A stretch of 64,000 nt of DNA from Perkinsela sp. CCAP 1560/9 (lineage: Eukaryota > Protista > Euglenozoa: Kinetoplastea): the NCBI GenBank assembly GCA_965644495.1, contig CBFFSA010000006.1, forward strand, positions 124,001 to 188,000, given 5' to 3'. Within the stretch, counting starts at the first letter, position 1. Each line of letters opens with the position of its first letter. The notes beneath the pieces were generated by a model. It did no database searches, was not told where the DNA came from, and worked only from the letters and a program-made list of their open reading frames with translations. Positions 50,917 through 62,857 of this stretch are shown one piece after another. Position numbers and translations under genes: made by a program.

Positions 50917-52680
50917 TACAATGTCCGACAGCACTTCCGGGACAGGCCCGATGAAATCGTAGTGGCTGCGGACCTGGAAAATGCTTTCAATAGCATCTCG
51001 CGGTCTGCCATCTTCCGGGCCCTGAAGGGGGACCCGAAGCTACTCCCTCTGGAGGGTATCACCCTCTTTAGCTACGGGAAAACTGGCTCTCTTCACTTGG
51101 GGGAAGGCACGTCTATTTTAAGTTCCAGGGGGGTTAAGCAAGGTGATCCTATGACCCCTATCCTATTCGCCATAGGGATACACGGGGCTATAGCCAAAGT
51201 GGCGGCTAAATTCCCGGAAACCCTCAAAGTGTGGGCGTATCTGGACGATGTTACCCTTGCAGGGGAGCCCAAGGTGTGCGGGGCGGCCCTGGAGGCACTG
51301 CAAGGGGAGATTAAGTCACTAGGGTTACGGCTCAACGTAGCCAAATGTAAAGTGGCTACGCGCCAAAACGAAGCATTCTCCGAGTTCCTCAAAACGAGAA
51401 TGGTCCACTCCCCCGGAGGGGTTAAACTCCTAGGGGCCTTCATAGGGGAGGCGGAGGCTAGGGAAGAGGAATGGGTGTTAACAAAGGCCCCCAAAGTCAT
51501 CTCCTTCCTAGAGAAACTCGAGGACCTTCCCAGGGCAGTGCGCCCTGCCACTTCTACGGCTGTGCGGAAGCCCACGATGGAATTACATCGTGAGGACTCA
51601 CGAGCCTCCGGTTACCCAAGTAGCCAACGCACAGGTCGACAAGGCCGTGATAGCATGTGCCGAAGCCTTGCTTGGAGGGATGGGCCCCTCGGGAAAGACG
51701 CCGTTCGCAAATCATCTTTTTACGGCGGATTTCCTGGGGACCACCCCCTTCGAACATAAGGCCGAGGGCATGCAGGCCAAGGCCAAATGTGTCCTGCAAG
51801 GCCTATCTCAAGGCCAGTCGACTAAAGATCAGCGCCGCTCCCTCTGCGAGGCGGCCCTAGGGAAAGCCCCATCCACCACGCAACTGGTCTGCATGCGGCA
51901 GATTCAGAACGCTCATTCCACAAAGTGAATGAATGCGTGGCCCAACCGGCCGGAGTACTACATGCGGGACCCGCAGTGGGAGACTGCGGCCCGTCTCCGG
52001 TACTTGGTCGCCCCCACCTCGGAGCCTGAGCTCCAGTGCGTGTGCGGTGCAACCCTCCGCAACGAGGAGTTTTGCGTACACGCGCTGGATTGCAAGAAGG
52101 TTAAGTGGAAAACCCAGGCCTCCCGCCACAAGGAGGTCAAGGAAACCTTTCGAAACCTTCTAGTGCAGTATGGTTTCAAACCGGACCTAGGTCAAGGAGG
52201 CCTTCAGAAATCTCCTAATATACTACGGGTTTAAACCGGACCTTTGCGAACCTCGTTTTGACAATGGCCGAGGCCCGGACATCTGCTTCCAGTTGGGCAG
52301 GAAGCTCACCCTCGTGGATATCACCGTCATTAACCCCTTGGCCCCCTCTTACGTGGACAAGGAGGCGGCAGCACCATCCCACACCCTCAGGCTTGCCTAG
52401 GTCAACAAGCGCCGGTCCCATGAAGAGATGGCGACCGCCCGAAGGATGGAATTTTACCCCTTGGCATTCACCACCTACGGGGTCCCTGGCCCGGACACCC
52501 TAAATTTCCTTAACAAGGTGGCCAGGGCCCACACATCTGACAAGAACGGATGCCTTTCCCACATCCTTATGACCATAGGGGTGGCCATACAGAAAGGCAA
52601 CTTTCAGATCGTTCAGGCGGCGGTACAAGATTGGTACCGTCGCGGTGTTAGGGGGTACGCTTCCGGTGGGCCTAGGGGGT
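50917..52680 (+). mobile_element. 5'-truncated CRE/SLACS-like non-LTR retrotransposon (RT + zinc finger + RLE), frameshifted
   Basis: DLENAFNSISR, GVKQGDP..P.LF, AYLDD, GLRLN..KC, KLLGAFIG, C-x-C...H...C, RH, PDICF...DITVINP, F.PLAFTTYG, AIQKGN. Confidence 0.9.
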
Positions 52681-53481
52681 TCACACCAAAAAAATCATTT
52701 CAATTTTTGGGAATTTTTATTTTTTACTGGCTTCGTCAATCGCGGAGGTAGTTTTCAACGCGAAGCACGCAGCATGAGTGACTTCTAAGTTGGAAGTTCA
52801 ACTTAGAAGTTCTAAGTTGAAAATAACCACCGCGTTTAACGAAGTCACTAAAGAATTATAAGTACAATATAGCAAATACTGTGTAGTACTGCCCACGTGG
52901 GGTCACCAATTTTCGGGGGGGGGGTCTAAAATTTTGTCGTGTGAGCTTTTGACCTAATTCCTTCGGCATTCAACAGATCTCGAAACTCAAAGTTGTTTTG
53001 CAGTACTGTGACTCCCTTTTAATAGAGAACCACCTTCAGACCCTCCCTTTAATAGAGAAAATTGGGGAAAGTTTTTTTTTGGGAGGGGGGAGTTTTTTTT
53101 GAGGGGGGGCGAAAGTGGAGAAGAAAATTTGGATTGTCCCTTAAAAACGGAAGAAAAATACTTAGAATTCACTGAACATTCAATTTGTCGCTTCGTTAAA
53201 TGCGGTGGTTGTTTTCAACATAGACTTCCGGGGAGAGAGCGGGGTTGAAGGTTACTGCGGTGTGGACGTGAGGGAGGGAGTTGAGGTCGGCCCCTGTTTC
53301 GTCCGACTGACAATTATGTAGGGAGGTGAATTCACTATCTTTTCCGAGATGTATGTTTAGCATAGCTGTAAAATTATTAATATTTTTTTCTTCTAATAAT
53401 AATCATTATTAAATCATTATTTTCCAAGCGCTCTAATAATAATAATTATTAATAATAATAATAATAATTATTATTATTATA

Positions 53482-53663
53482 ACCCAGAGTAAAGGGGACG
53501 AAGGAGATACCAATAGTGTAGGTGCGGCAGTTTCCCACGGGAAAAACGGCATCTCCACCCTTTTCGGCGCCTGTCTCCATGCCATAAGGGAGATACCGTA
53601 TTTCCTGTGGGAAACTGCCGCACCTACACTATTGGTATCTCCCTCGTCTCCTTTACCCTAGGT
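53482..53663. mobile_element. Foldback MITE (~182 bp, ~75-bp arms) flanked by TA
   Basis: GTAAAGG.GACGA.GGAGATACCAATAGTGTAGGTGCGGCAGTTTCCCAC.GGAAA.ACGG.ATCTCC and its reverse complement. Confidence 0.9.
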
Positions 53664-54373
53664 TACATAGTAAAAACATGTTCCCTAGGATTCCTTACAG
53701 CTTCCCACACGAGGAAGTCGTCGTCGCTGCGGCACAAAGACAGAAGGCTCCGCCTTCTGCCTTTATGCCTTGCGCCTCCTCCTTCCTCTACGGTCTTGCG
53801 CGTCCCGCACTTCAAGTTGAAAAATGTATCTGACAAATCGGGGTTTGCAAATCGTTTCCGAAGAGGGGGGTCTCGAGTGGTCCTAAAGGTGCGTTTTTCT
53901 CTCCTAAAACTATTAATTTATGGTGCTGCCTTTCGTTTTGGCGAGAAAAACTTTTCCCGGAAAATTTTTTGTCGGACTAAATTTCGGGCGAAATATCGGG
54001 CCAAATTTCGGGCCAAATTTCGAGCCAAATTTTATTAATACTGGGTAGCGAGGGAGTAGTATCTCCCTCAATAATTATTGCGGTGGTTATATAACTACCG
54101 CTCTACCCTCGATTATTGAAAACCAAGTGAACAAAAACAGTTAAAATATAAAGAGGAACACAGTAATATAATAGAAGAAAAATACACCCATGGACAGAAG
54201 TGTGCCCCCGGCCTGGCAAATGCCATTTTTTTTATCCGTTTTTGCTCATTTTTGCAGCATTCGAGAGATCTCATTCCCTTAGCGAAGAGCTTTGCCGCCT
54301 TTTTTTCATAGGGACCCCCTGGTGCTCTGGTAGTGACCCCAAAGTAGACCAAAAACAAAACATGGTACATTAG

Positions 54374-55135
54374 ACATCTAGAAAAAAATCACCCTTTCAA
54401 TGCGAAAATGAGAAAAAAAGAAGTAATATTGACAAGGAGTGGAAGAAGTTCCGCGCTCCGAAGAGGTGCCTTACTACTCATGCCTTAGACCACCTATGTG
54501 AAAATGTATTATCAATATATCGCAAATTGCTGAATGTGGACACTCACATGATGTTTTTAAACACGGGAAAAACGCGATTGATGTTGGGTTTGGGACGTAA
54601 ACCAACTCAACATATAACTTCTGTCCGCCGCATTATAGCAGTGATTATATTCAACGGCCATTTCATTCTTGTGCATTACCACAGATTGGGAATGACCGTA
54701 TTTGACAGTTACCAGGCATTTTCTCCCACTGCCCACCAGGACTACTTGGAAAGCTTGGCTTCTCACTTAAGGCCTATTATCGGCACCTCTGCAAGCAACG
54801 TAAAAGTAAAGTATGCGAAAGTTCAGCAGCAAGAACCACTAATGAATGAATGCGGATTACATGTTGTGAATAGCCTTTGTTCGCTGTTATTCCCTAACGG
54901 CGTACAGAATAGACTCACTAGGAAGAACATTGCGAAGACTTGGTATCCAAGTGTTTTAGGGATCCCGTCACCTTTACCTGTACAACAGAGTAGCGACATA
55001 AAGGAAGGGAACAAAAGTGAGGATGATGAAAACTTGGAGACAGTCGTCCAACTCATCAAAGACACTGATATAGGAGATGAGACGACAGAGGGATGGGAAG
55101 AAAGCATAGTATACCCTATTAACATTGATCTGTAA
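54374..55135 (+). pseudogene. Ulp1/peptidase C48 (SUMO protease)-like reading frame, apparently 5'-truncated
   Basis: Catalytic order His (NGHFIL), Asp (VFDS), Gln/Cys (QQ...NECGLHV). The frame is open from 54374 with no ATG before the domain start. Confidence 0.7.
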
Positions 55136-55833
55136 GGCATAAAGGTGGGACGTATTTTTTTTTGACATTGTGCTTTCATTTTCTCGTAATAGTAAACGGA
55201 CCCTCATATGTGCGTATTTAAGTCCTGGGAAAAAGGGCGCCGCGAAGCGGCGCCGATTTTTTTTTTCGTGCTTCGAATTCTCATTTCACCCCCCCCCCCC
55301 CTTTAATAGAGACAAACCACGAAATTTTGTCTACATTAAAGGGGGGGGTCACAGTATCTGTTCGCTCCGAAATCGACAAAGCGATGTTTCGTTTATGATT
55401 TATAAGAGGCGGGATCCTCACGAAGAAAAAACAGGGAGAAAAAAAGGATAATATATTAGAGAAATTGACTGTGTTCCAAAAAAATGGGTAATAAAACCAT
55501 GTTTTTTGGACCCAGGGGGTACCAGGGGGTCCTATGAAGCAAAGGCCAGTACCTAAAGTAAAAGTTACTTGTTTGTAATAGGTGAACGCGCATCGTCGCA
55601 TCCGCTGCGGCACCTAACGCGGCTTCAAGACTTGAGGAGCTGGACGGTTTGGGTTCTTAAACTCGGAGGTGTGTCGGAAAACGACTCTTTCCGTACTTTT
55701 GTACATACACTGATTTGTCTAGTACACACTGATGTATCTAGCTCCGGGGACGGATAGTGTGGCTCCGAGTATACAAGTCTGGCTCCGAGTAAAACTCTAT
55801 TCTAGGGTGTAAAACCCTATTCTACAAATTATG

Positions 55834-56291
55834 CAGGGGCGATCAGCTACATTTGGGGGGGGGGCTAAAATTCGTATAACTTGGCCAATTTTAGAAAATA
55901 ATAGCGCATTCGAGAGCTCTCGCATAGCTCTCTGGAGGAATATACTGCGGAAATATCGTTTCCCGCATTTTTACTTCAAACGCATTTTGTCAAAAAAATA
56001 TTTTTTTTTGCGTTCCAAATTTTGCATTTCTTATTTTCGTTTCTGGATTTTTCCTGTTGTTTCCCCCTTTATTGATGACTCATGCCCCAACGAAGGGTGC
56101 ATTCGCGTTCTTCTCGAGGTAAATTCTCTGAGACCCATTTCTCACCCTCAGGAAAAACAAAACTGACGCACAGAATGCTGTTAGTTGAAGATTTCGAGAA
56201 AACAGGGTCATTTTATTGAACGGGTCATTTTATTGAAAGAATCCATGTATTAAAATTTTTAGACCTCCTCAGATCTATCTGATCCCCCCTG
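55834..56291. mobile_element. Degenerate MITE with CAGGGG.GATCAG termini
   Basis: CAGGGGCGATCAGCTACATTTGGGGG..CTAAAATT vs inverse TTTTAGACCTCCTCAGATCTATCTGATCCCCCCTG-TA. Confidence 0.55.
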
Positions 56292-57008
56292 TATATGAAA
56301 AATGCTGTTCATGACAAAATTGAGATTTTCAAGCATTTGTAGATGTTTTTGGGCGAACAAAAAAAAACCAGCCGTAATTTTTTTAAGCAATCTTTTCATA
56401 CAGCCCCGAAAAACACAGATTTACTCGTGAAACCTCGCGAAACCTCAGTGAAACCTGGATCAAACCTCGGTGAAACCTCGCTACCCCAGTCCTTCAAGAG
56501 TAGAGGTATAAAACGTAATAAACGCTACAACGCGGGTGTAAATGACTCAAAACTATGAAAATCTGGGTCAAAGTGACCATAAATGTTTCAAAAATTCGTT
56601 TTTTTTAAATCATTCTACGCCCAAAAATAACTTCGTAGAGCACCCTAGCTCTGTTTTTTTTGACTTAAGTCGATTAAAATCAGAGTCTATCTTCTGTTCT
56701 GTTTGGTGGTATTTTTTCTACCTACCTTTTGGTACCTACCTTTGGCCTTTTGGTACCTTTCGGCCACCTACCTTGGTCCAAACTCCAGAATAACCTTTCG
56801 CGTTCCATTTACAAAGCTCATACAGCATTATTTTGTTGGCCTAACAAGGCAGCGTCGACAAACGCTTCCAGCTCCGAATCGGTGGTTGCTTAGCCAATTT
56901 ACCACGTTTTCCTCCGTAATGTCAGGAATTGAGGTTACTACGAGTTGCTTGTAGGACAGTTGCTTGTAGGAACAGTTGCTTGTAGGACAACCGGAACAGT
57001 CCATTCAA

Positions 57009-60000
57009 CATACCTAAACCGAGTACAGCGAGTACGTACCGAGTACGTACTCGCTTGTACTCGCCGTACGCGAGTACGTACTCGCCTTTTGAGAGCGTGT
57101 CACTTTAGATTATGAAGTGTGGTCGGGCTTTATGAACAGTAAATTTTACATTGTAAAGCCTAATAATTATTATTCTCGTAGAGAGTGATTATTGAGACTT
57201 GTATGTAATATGTTGATTAGTGTTTTTTTCTAAAACGTTACTTCTATCAACCATGGGGAAGCTTCGCTCTAAGCGTGATTCATCGCCGAGTAAAACTGAT
57301 ATTATTATTCAGCAAGACGTTACTTCTCCTGAACAAGACATTAATCCTCGCAAAATAAGAAGCAAAAGATGTGACATGGGTGCTGAGAGCATGCCCAATG
57401 ATTTCGTGCTTGTCCGGTGTGCCTCTACTTGTACGTACTCAGACGAAAATTTGCTCACCGACGCGATGGGTAACAATGTGCACTTCAAATGCATCCATGA
57501 TGGATGCACTTTCGAGTCACACTGCAAATCCAAGAATCACTACCTAGAGCATCGGCTTAGGTGTGCCGAAAAGAGAAAGGGAAGTGTATTTAAGGATGAG
57601 GATTTAACCGCAGTGCACCACTACGTTAGAAAGGTAATTCCAAGTTTACAAACTCTGACAAACCTTCCTGCTACTCGCTACATATGGTTAATAAGAACGA
57701 TGAAAGAGCTACGACCAAATGTTCCGTCTGAGGTACTAAAAAGCCATCCATCAAAATCTATCCAGTAGTTACATCGTGATTGTGGAAGCATAGCTGATGG
57801 ATTGTGGGGAAAGCTGTGTGCCGATATTGATGACTGCACCTATTATGGTATCGCAATTGACACAGGTATAGACAAAGTAAAATCAGAGCATATTTTGATT
57901 AGTGTCTTGTACGTGCGTGAGCAGGAGTACGTAGTGCCGCCATTATACTCTCCGAAATACCGAGCATACAACGGGGTCTCGATGGCCACTCAGTTCATTG
58001 AGTGCTTGAAAAATAGTCTGGGGGAAACTCGAGTTCTTAAGCTCAAATTCCTTATGGTCGATGGAAGCGCTGTCAACCACGTAGCACGTGGACATTGCGA
58101 AGGATTCCTAAAGCAAATTTACAACCGCATTTCTCCAGTAGGTCAAGAGGATGAGGATGCCTTGGCTCGAGGCTTCGCTTCACATTTTCCGTGCATTTCC
58201 CTCTTGTCCTGCATAGGCCATATGTTGAATAATGTATGCAAGACTACATTAAAGATTTATGAAGACCTTCCATGCTTCAAATTCAAGCGCGCATTTGCGC
58301 ACACTTTTTATTAGTAGGCAAGGCATCGTCACAGAAAGGAAAGTACAAAGGAATCGCTCTGTCACACTCGCTCACTCGTTTTGAAGACAACGTTACGAGC
58401 GCCGAAACAGTGTTTCGCCAGGCCTATCTTGGCCTTCGAGAAAGCTGTCCTGTGTCTTGGTTGAAGAATCTTGAATCACAGCTACTAGAGTGCTTGGAAA
58501 CTCTGAGAAGTGTGATTCCGGATGAAGTAGCCACTTTATGTGGCAAACTTGAAGGTATATAAAAGTTTGAGGCGAAACGAGATGTATTTGCAAAGTACGC
58601 TCCAGGTATTTTTTCTGCCTTAGAAAAGGCACGAACGACTCGCGTTGTCGTCACACCAAAGCTTGGGGGGTAACTCGGTGGTGCGTAGATAAATTTACCT
58701 CCATGGAATTTCTGAGTAAAAACTTAAAGAATGTCGAACGGTATGTTGCACATGAGTGTGCGAAGGGTTCCAAAACATCAAAGTCGATGCATCGGCTCAG
58801 CAGGCTCTTGCTGAGACATGCAGTTTCCGTTTTAGAAAAACAGTGTTCAAACTTCTTGGACGATTGTAGTGTTCTCCACGATGCGCTAAAAACTTTTTCG
58901 GATCTAATCGGTTGTCCTATGGCTACGCACGTGGCTCCAACTTTAAAACGTTTTTTCGAATACGCCCACAGCGAAAAAGCTTCGGAGCACATGACTGGGG
59001 CCATAACACACCATCGAAAACGCTTAGAGAAGAACCATAACATGGACTTTTGGAAACACGTTATGTGGTTCAGTCCGAGTTGGATTGTCCAGTTTGCGCG
59101 ACCTTGTCGTAGAGATCCAATATCTGTCGCTCTCCCTAATAATTTATTTGATAAAACAGCAAACACTTCTCCGATCCAAAAACCTCTGTTTTCAATATCT
59201 GCAGAAGAGTGGAATGAGTATGTGGTTTGTCGAGACTATGAGTGGAACCCCATGAATCACAAAAACGACCATCATTGGTGGACATCAGCGGGTCGCAACA
59301 TGTTTCCCTTCGTTTTTGTCGCAGCGCAGCATTATATTTGGACTCCACCTCTCCTCACAAAGTGCGACTCGTGGCTGTCGACATTGGGGTACATGTACAA
59401 CTCTCGTCAAGCTTCCTTGGCTCCACAAGTAATTGCACAGCAGGTTTTCATTCGTGGAAACATGGACGAATTAGAATATGCTTCGCTTACTGTAAGCAAA
59501 GATGAAAACAGTGAAATTAATAGTGATTCGACTCAAATTAGCGACGAAGATATTGCCCCACAATAAGGTGAGCGACAGGGTTAAACGTATTCGTTGTCTG
59601 CTATTCGTGTTGTTATTATTTTTTTTTTGTTTTTATATTCGTCATGGCTATGTTTTTCTGTAGTTTGTCGTAGTGTCTGGTAAATCCAAGTCTATAGGAC
59701 CTAGGAAGCGGCGAAGCGTGGATCTGACACAAAACATTCCATATAAAATAATATCAAACAACATAGGACACAGAGTATCATACATATAGAGTATCGTAGC
59801 ATACAGGGTATACATTGCGGTAAATATCAATTAAAATGCGGTATACAATATGTGGTAATATTGCGGTAATATTCGTACGTCCAGAGCTCCGTTTTATGGT
59901 ATTTCATCTCCGTATCTGAGATATTTTTCTCTGGTTTTTTCTCAGTGTTCAACAAGCGAAATACTTTTTACGTACACAGCAACGGTTTATAGAACTATTA

Positions 60001-60470
60001 TTCACTATGTTTTGACGTCAGAACTGGGGTCTGTGGTTTAACTCAGTGTCGTGTAAGGCCTTGATGTATTCCTTCAGGTATTAAACAGCCACGTTTAGTA
60101 TTTTTTTATTATACTACAATCTATTAGATTTTATTCGTATATCCGTGCTGCAGACTCTTGATCTGTTTCTTTTCATACATCATATACCAATGAAAAATAT
60201 GTGAGGAAGCATTTATAATGTCCCCGGCGAGGTCGTATCCTGAAAATAACTTTGCGACTCATTCCGTAACACACATCAAAGACCAGAATACTATTTTCAT
60301 GGAAATAAGTAAGGTAGTTATTACTCACCATCAAAAACACACCTGTACTTGACAGTTTATTTCCTCACAACAAAATCACACAAAAGCGAGTACATGCGAG
60401 TACGTACACCGAGTACGTACTCGCATGTACTCGCGAAATCGTACGTACTCGCCGTACTCGCCAAGGTATG
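57009..60470 (+). mobile_element. hAT-like DNA transposon (3462 bp) with 6-bp TSD ATTCAA
   Basis: Termini CATACCT.../...AGGTATG with CGAGTAC(G) subterminal arrays at 57020-57085 and 60386-60460. ATTCAA at 57003-08 and 60471-76. Confidence 0.85.
57253..59566 (+). pseudogene. hAT-like transposase pseudogene (in-frame stops at 57766 and 58560, frameshifts near 58310 and 58668)
   Basis: N-terminal Cys/His cluster, IAIDTG.D, LMVDGSAVN, C-x2-H (SCIGHMLN), TRW, and C-terminal WW....FP....A..Y...PP...S.LG...L.P....FIR.N dimerisation-like motif. Confidence 0.8.
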
Positions 60471-60985
60471 ATTCAATAAGTATTCGTTCGTCAAAATATG
60501 CTTCAGATTGCTAGAAATGCATTAAAAACGAATCATTTTGAGAAGATACTTGAAAAAAATATTTTCTTTTCAACTTTTTTAAGATTTTTTGATACGTTTA
60601 TGGTCACTATTATCCGAAAATACTTTTTCGTTTATTTTTAAAAATTGAAATTTAGTGTACAGTTTGACTGCACATTCCTAGGCCAATTGTCTTCCCCTTT
60701 ATCTCCACAAATTTCTAGTACAACTTCGGCAGACGTTTGAAGTTTCTCTGTGGTCACATCAGCAAGGAACGCATTACTTGCCTCTCCTTTCTTATTATTC
60801 ACCTTTCTTATTACGGAATAGTAATTGACAACTTTCACGATATACATGCACCATCTATTTCACGTTATAGAAGTGATGAGCGTTGACCGATATCTACGGT
60901 GAGGTATTCGGAGCTCTTGATCATACCGGGCTCGTTACAAATTTAACTTTGTAAACTCGATCTCATAATCCATTGACAGTGTAGC

Positions 60986-62857
60986 ATGGTACATGCTAAA
61001 ACCATTATTTACTGCAGCCGGGTTGGTTTTCTCTTTGTACGTGGTTCAAAACTTTCCGACCAATTGTGTTCCCCTTGGCTGTGCAGGAATAACGGAATAG
61101 TGTTTTCATGTAGAAAACAAGCATTTAGTTCACCAGTCGAAGAATACCCAATTTTGAGATTTCAGAATGCACCATATGGTATTGATTGCATTAACCAAAA
61201 GCGAGTTCCGTTTAGTTCGGACTCTACTGATGTAAAGACGTGCATGGATACTCTTATGTATCGTTTGTCAAATACACTTCATTACGGAAGGTCACACTCT
61301 ATCCCAGTACGTGAAACAGATAAAAAATATGTGTGCGCTGGCGCTCGCATTCATGACCACACGCTATTTCCTTATTGCCACTCCAATTTTTCACGCCTAG
61401 TGCTCTCCTCAGCCAAGAAAGACAAAATGATCACCGATAGGATGGAAGAGGCGCGTCTATCAATGAGTTCCGAACAACATGAAAATGTTTTAATGACTAC
61501 AATATCACAAAAATTAAGCAGCCGCGCTACATCACGTAATGAATCAATTCTCGAGCATCAGAAACTCATGGATATTTCTGTGTTTCCTGTCCCATCTGAC
61601 CCAACAGCGGTGGGCTGCGCACCTTGCTGTCCAACCTTGAGTAATAACTCAAGGACTTGTATTACTGAATCACCGTTCGCTTCAAAGGGAACCACAGTTG
61701 CGCAAACACTCAACCTCTTGATAAACAAGTTTCCGAAGCCGAGGGTCGATGATTCCCTTGACCCAATCAAATCCTTTCAACCACCCAATGTTTCCTCTGC
61801 ATCAGCTGACTTCATGCCATTTAGGAAGGAACGGGAGATAACTAATTTGGACTCGAGAAACTCGAAAAATGCACTGAATAATGCTTTACGCAGTCTTTTG
61901 AAGGATCTCTGGATTTACGAATTTTGGATCAATAGAAAACATGCACGAATTTTGCATCGTTTTGGCTTCGGACGTCGTCGACTACTTTATTCGCAAAGAT
62001 TACATGAACAGGAAATCATGAAGCTTGTCCCGAACAACGTTTTTGCCGCTGTACAAATGTTGTGGTTAACACATCTGGATGACAAAGTTATGTGCGGAAT
62101 ACTGCCTGATCGTGCGACAACATTTGAGGCTATAGTAGGCTCCAGCTATTCAAGCGAGTTACTCCGAGTCTGGACTGAATGGTCACGTTTCTCGTCGCCA
62201 GATTTCGACTCTAACATTAAAAGTAATTTTAGTATACTACATCCAAATGATAAAGTCACTTCATGTTCTGTGAGGCACATGTCTCCCATTGAGGCATTTG
62301 TTGACCGCTATAAAGCCCCTCTCTTATCAATGCCGTATGGTATTTTTCGAAAGCTAATGCGCGCAAGACTTTACGGCGAGCGAACACGGTTTGTGTCGCG
62401 CAAGTCTGAACGTAGGAAAAAACATTCTGTGCATCAATTACGTCCGAAGATACGACTACAGCATTCGAAAATAAAATCTCTCTATTTTCGGAGACCCACG
62501 AGTCCCAAGCTTGATCAGGACCATCCGGTGTTTCACACAGTGCTTTCACTCCCTGGGCTTTCACAGTCATGCGTATCTTACCACCCACGTGCACGTACTT
62601 CAACATTTTCTGAATCGAAAAAAATTCGTGAATTTCTGATGCTTAATGAGTCGCACCTGTTCGAAAAACAAAAAGAACTAGAATGTTCGTTACTTCCATG
62701 TTTGATGTGCAAAAACGATTCTCTTCGAATTTATTCCAAGAATACACGCAACCGAAATCATGAGACTCGTCGAAAAGAATGTGCTCCGGCACTGTGGTCC
62801 ATTGGTTCTTTCCTAGCAATGCTTATAATAATGAAGCGAGACGAGAACAACGAATGA
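60986..62857 (+). CDS. Hypothetical protein (623 aa), possible mitochondrial presequence
   Basis: Long intact ORF co-oriented with host genes, with an Arg/Ser-rich N-terminus. No family recognised. Confidence 0.7.
   Translation: MVHAKTIIYCSRVGFLFVRGSKLSDQLCSPWLCRNNGIVFSCRKQAFSSPVEEYPILRFQNAPYGIDCINQKRVPFSSDSTDVKTCMDTLMYRLSNTLHYGRSHSIPVRETDKKYVCAGARIHDHTLFPYCHSNFSRLVLSSAKKDKMITDRMEEARLSMSSEQHENVLMTTISQKLSSRATSRNESILEHQKLMDISVFPVPSDPTAVGCAPCCPTLSNNSRTCITESPFASKGTTVAQTLNLLINKFPKPRVDDSLDPIKSFQPPNVSSASADFMPFRKEREITNLDSRNSKNALNNALRSLLKDLWIYEFWINRKHARILHRFGFGRRRLLYSQRLHEQEIMKLVPNNVFAAVQMLWLTHLDDKVMCGILPDRATTFEAIVGSSYSSELLRVWTEWSRFSSPDFDSNIKSNFSILHPNDKVTSCSVRHMSPIEAFVDRYKAPLLSMPYGIFRKLMRARLYGERTRFVSRKSERRKKHSVHQLRPKIRLQHSKIKSLYFRRPTSPKLDQDHPVFHTVLSLPGLSQSCVSYHPRARTSTFSESKKIREFLMLNESHLFEKQKELECSLLPCLMCKNDSLRIYSKNTRNRNHETRRKECAPALWSIGSFLAMLIIMKRDENNE

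Larger units (their letters stand above)
53006..55354. mobile_element. TA-flanked TIR element (CTGTGAC(T/C)CCC termini) containing nested repeats and a protease fragment
   Basis: TA-CTGTGACTCCCTTTTAATAGAGA and TTAAAGGGGGGGGTCACAG-TA. CCCTTTAATAGAGA subterminal motifs at both ends. Confidence 0.6.

Noticed and set aside
56425-56990. Short tandem motifs (GTGAAACCTC, CTACCTTTTGG, AGTTGCTTGTAGGA) as regulatory arrays
   Set aside because: Only 3-5 degenerate copies each, in TE-rich DNA. There is no evidence beyond probable subterminal repeats of decayed elements.
57766-58562. In-frame TAG/TAA in the hAT transposase as evidence of stop-codon reassignment
   Set aside because: Host genes have no internal stops and terminate with TAG (1482, 7249), TAA (4744) and TGA (10175). 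The same ORF also has frameshifts, so this is decay.
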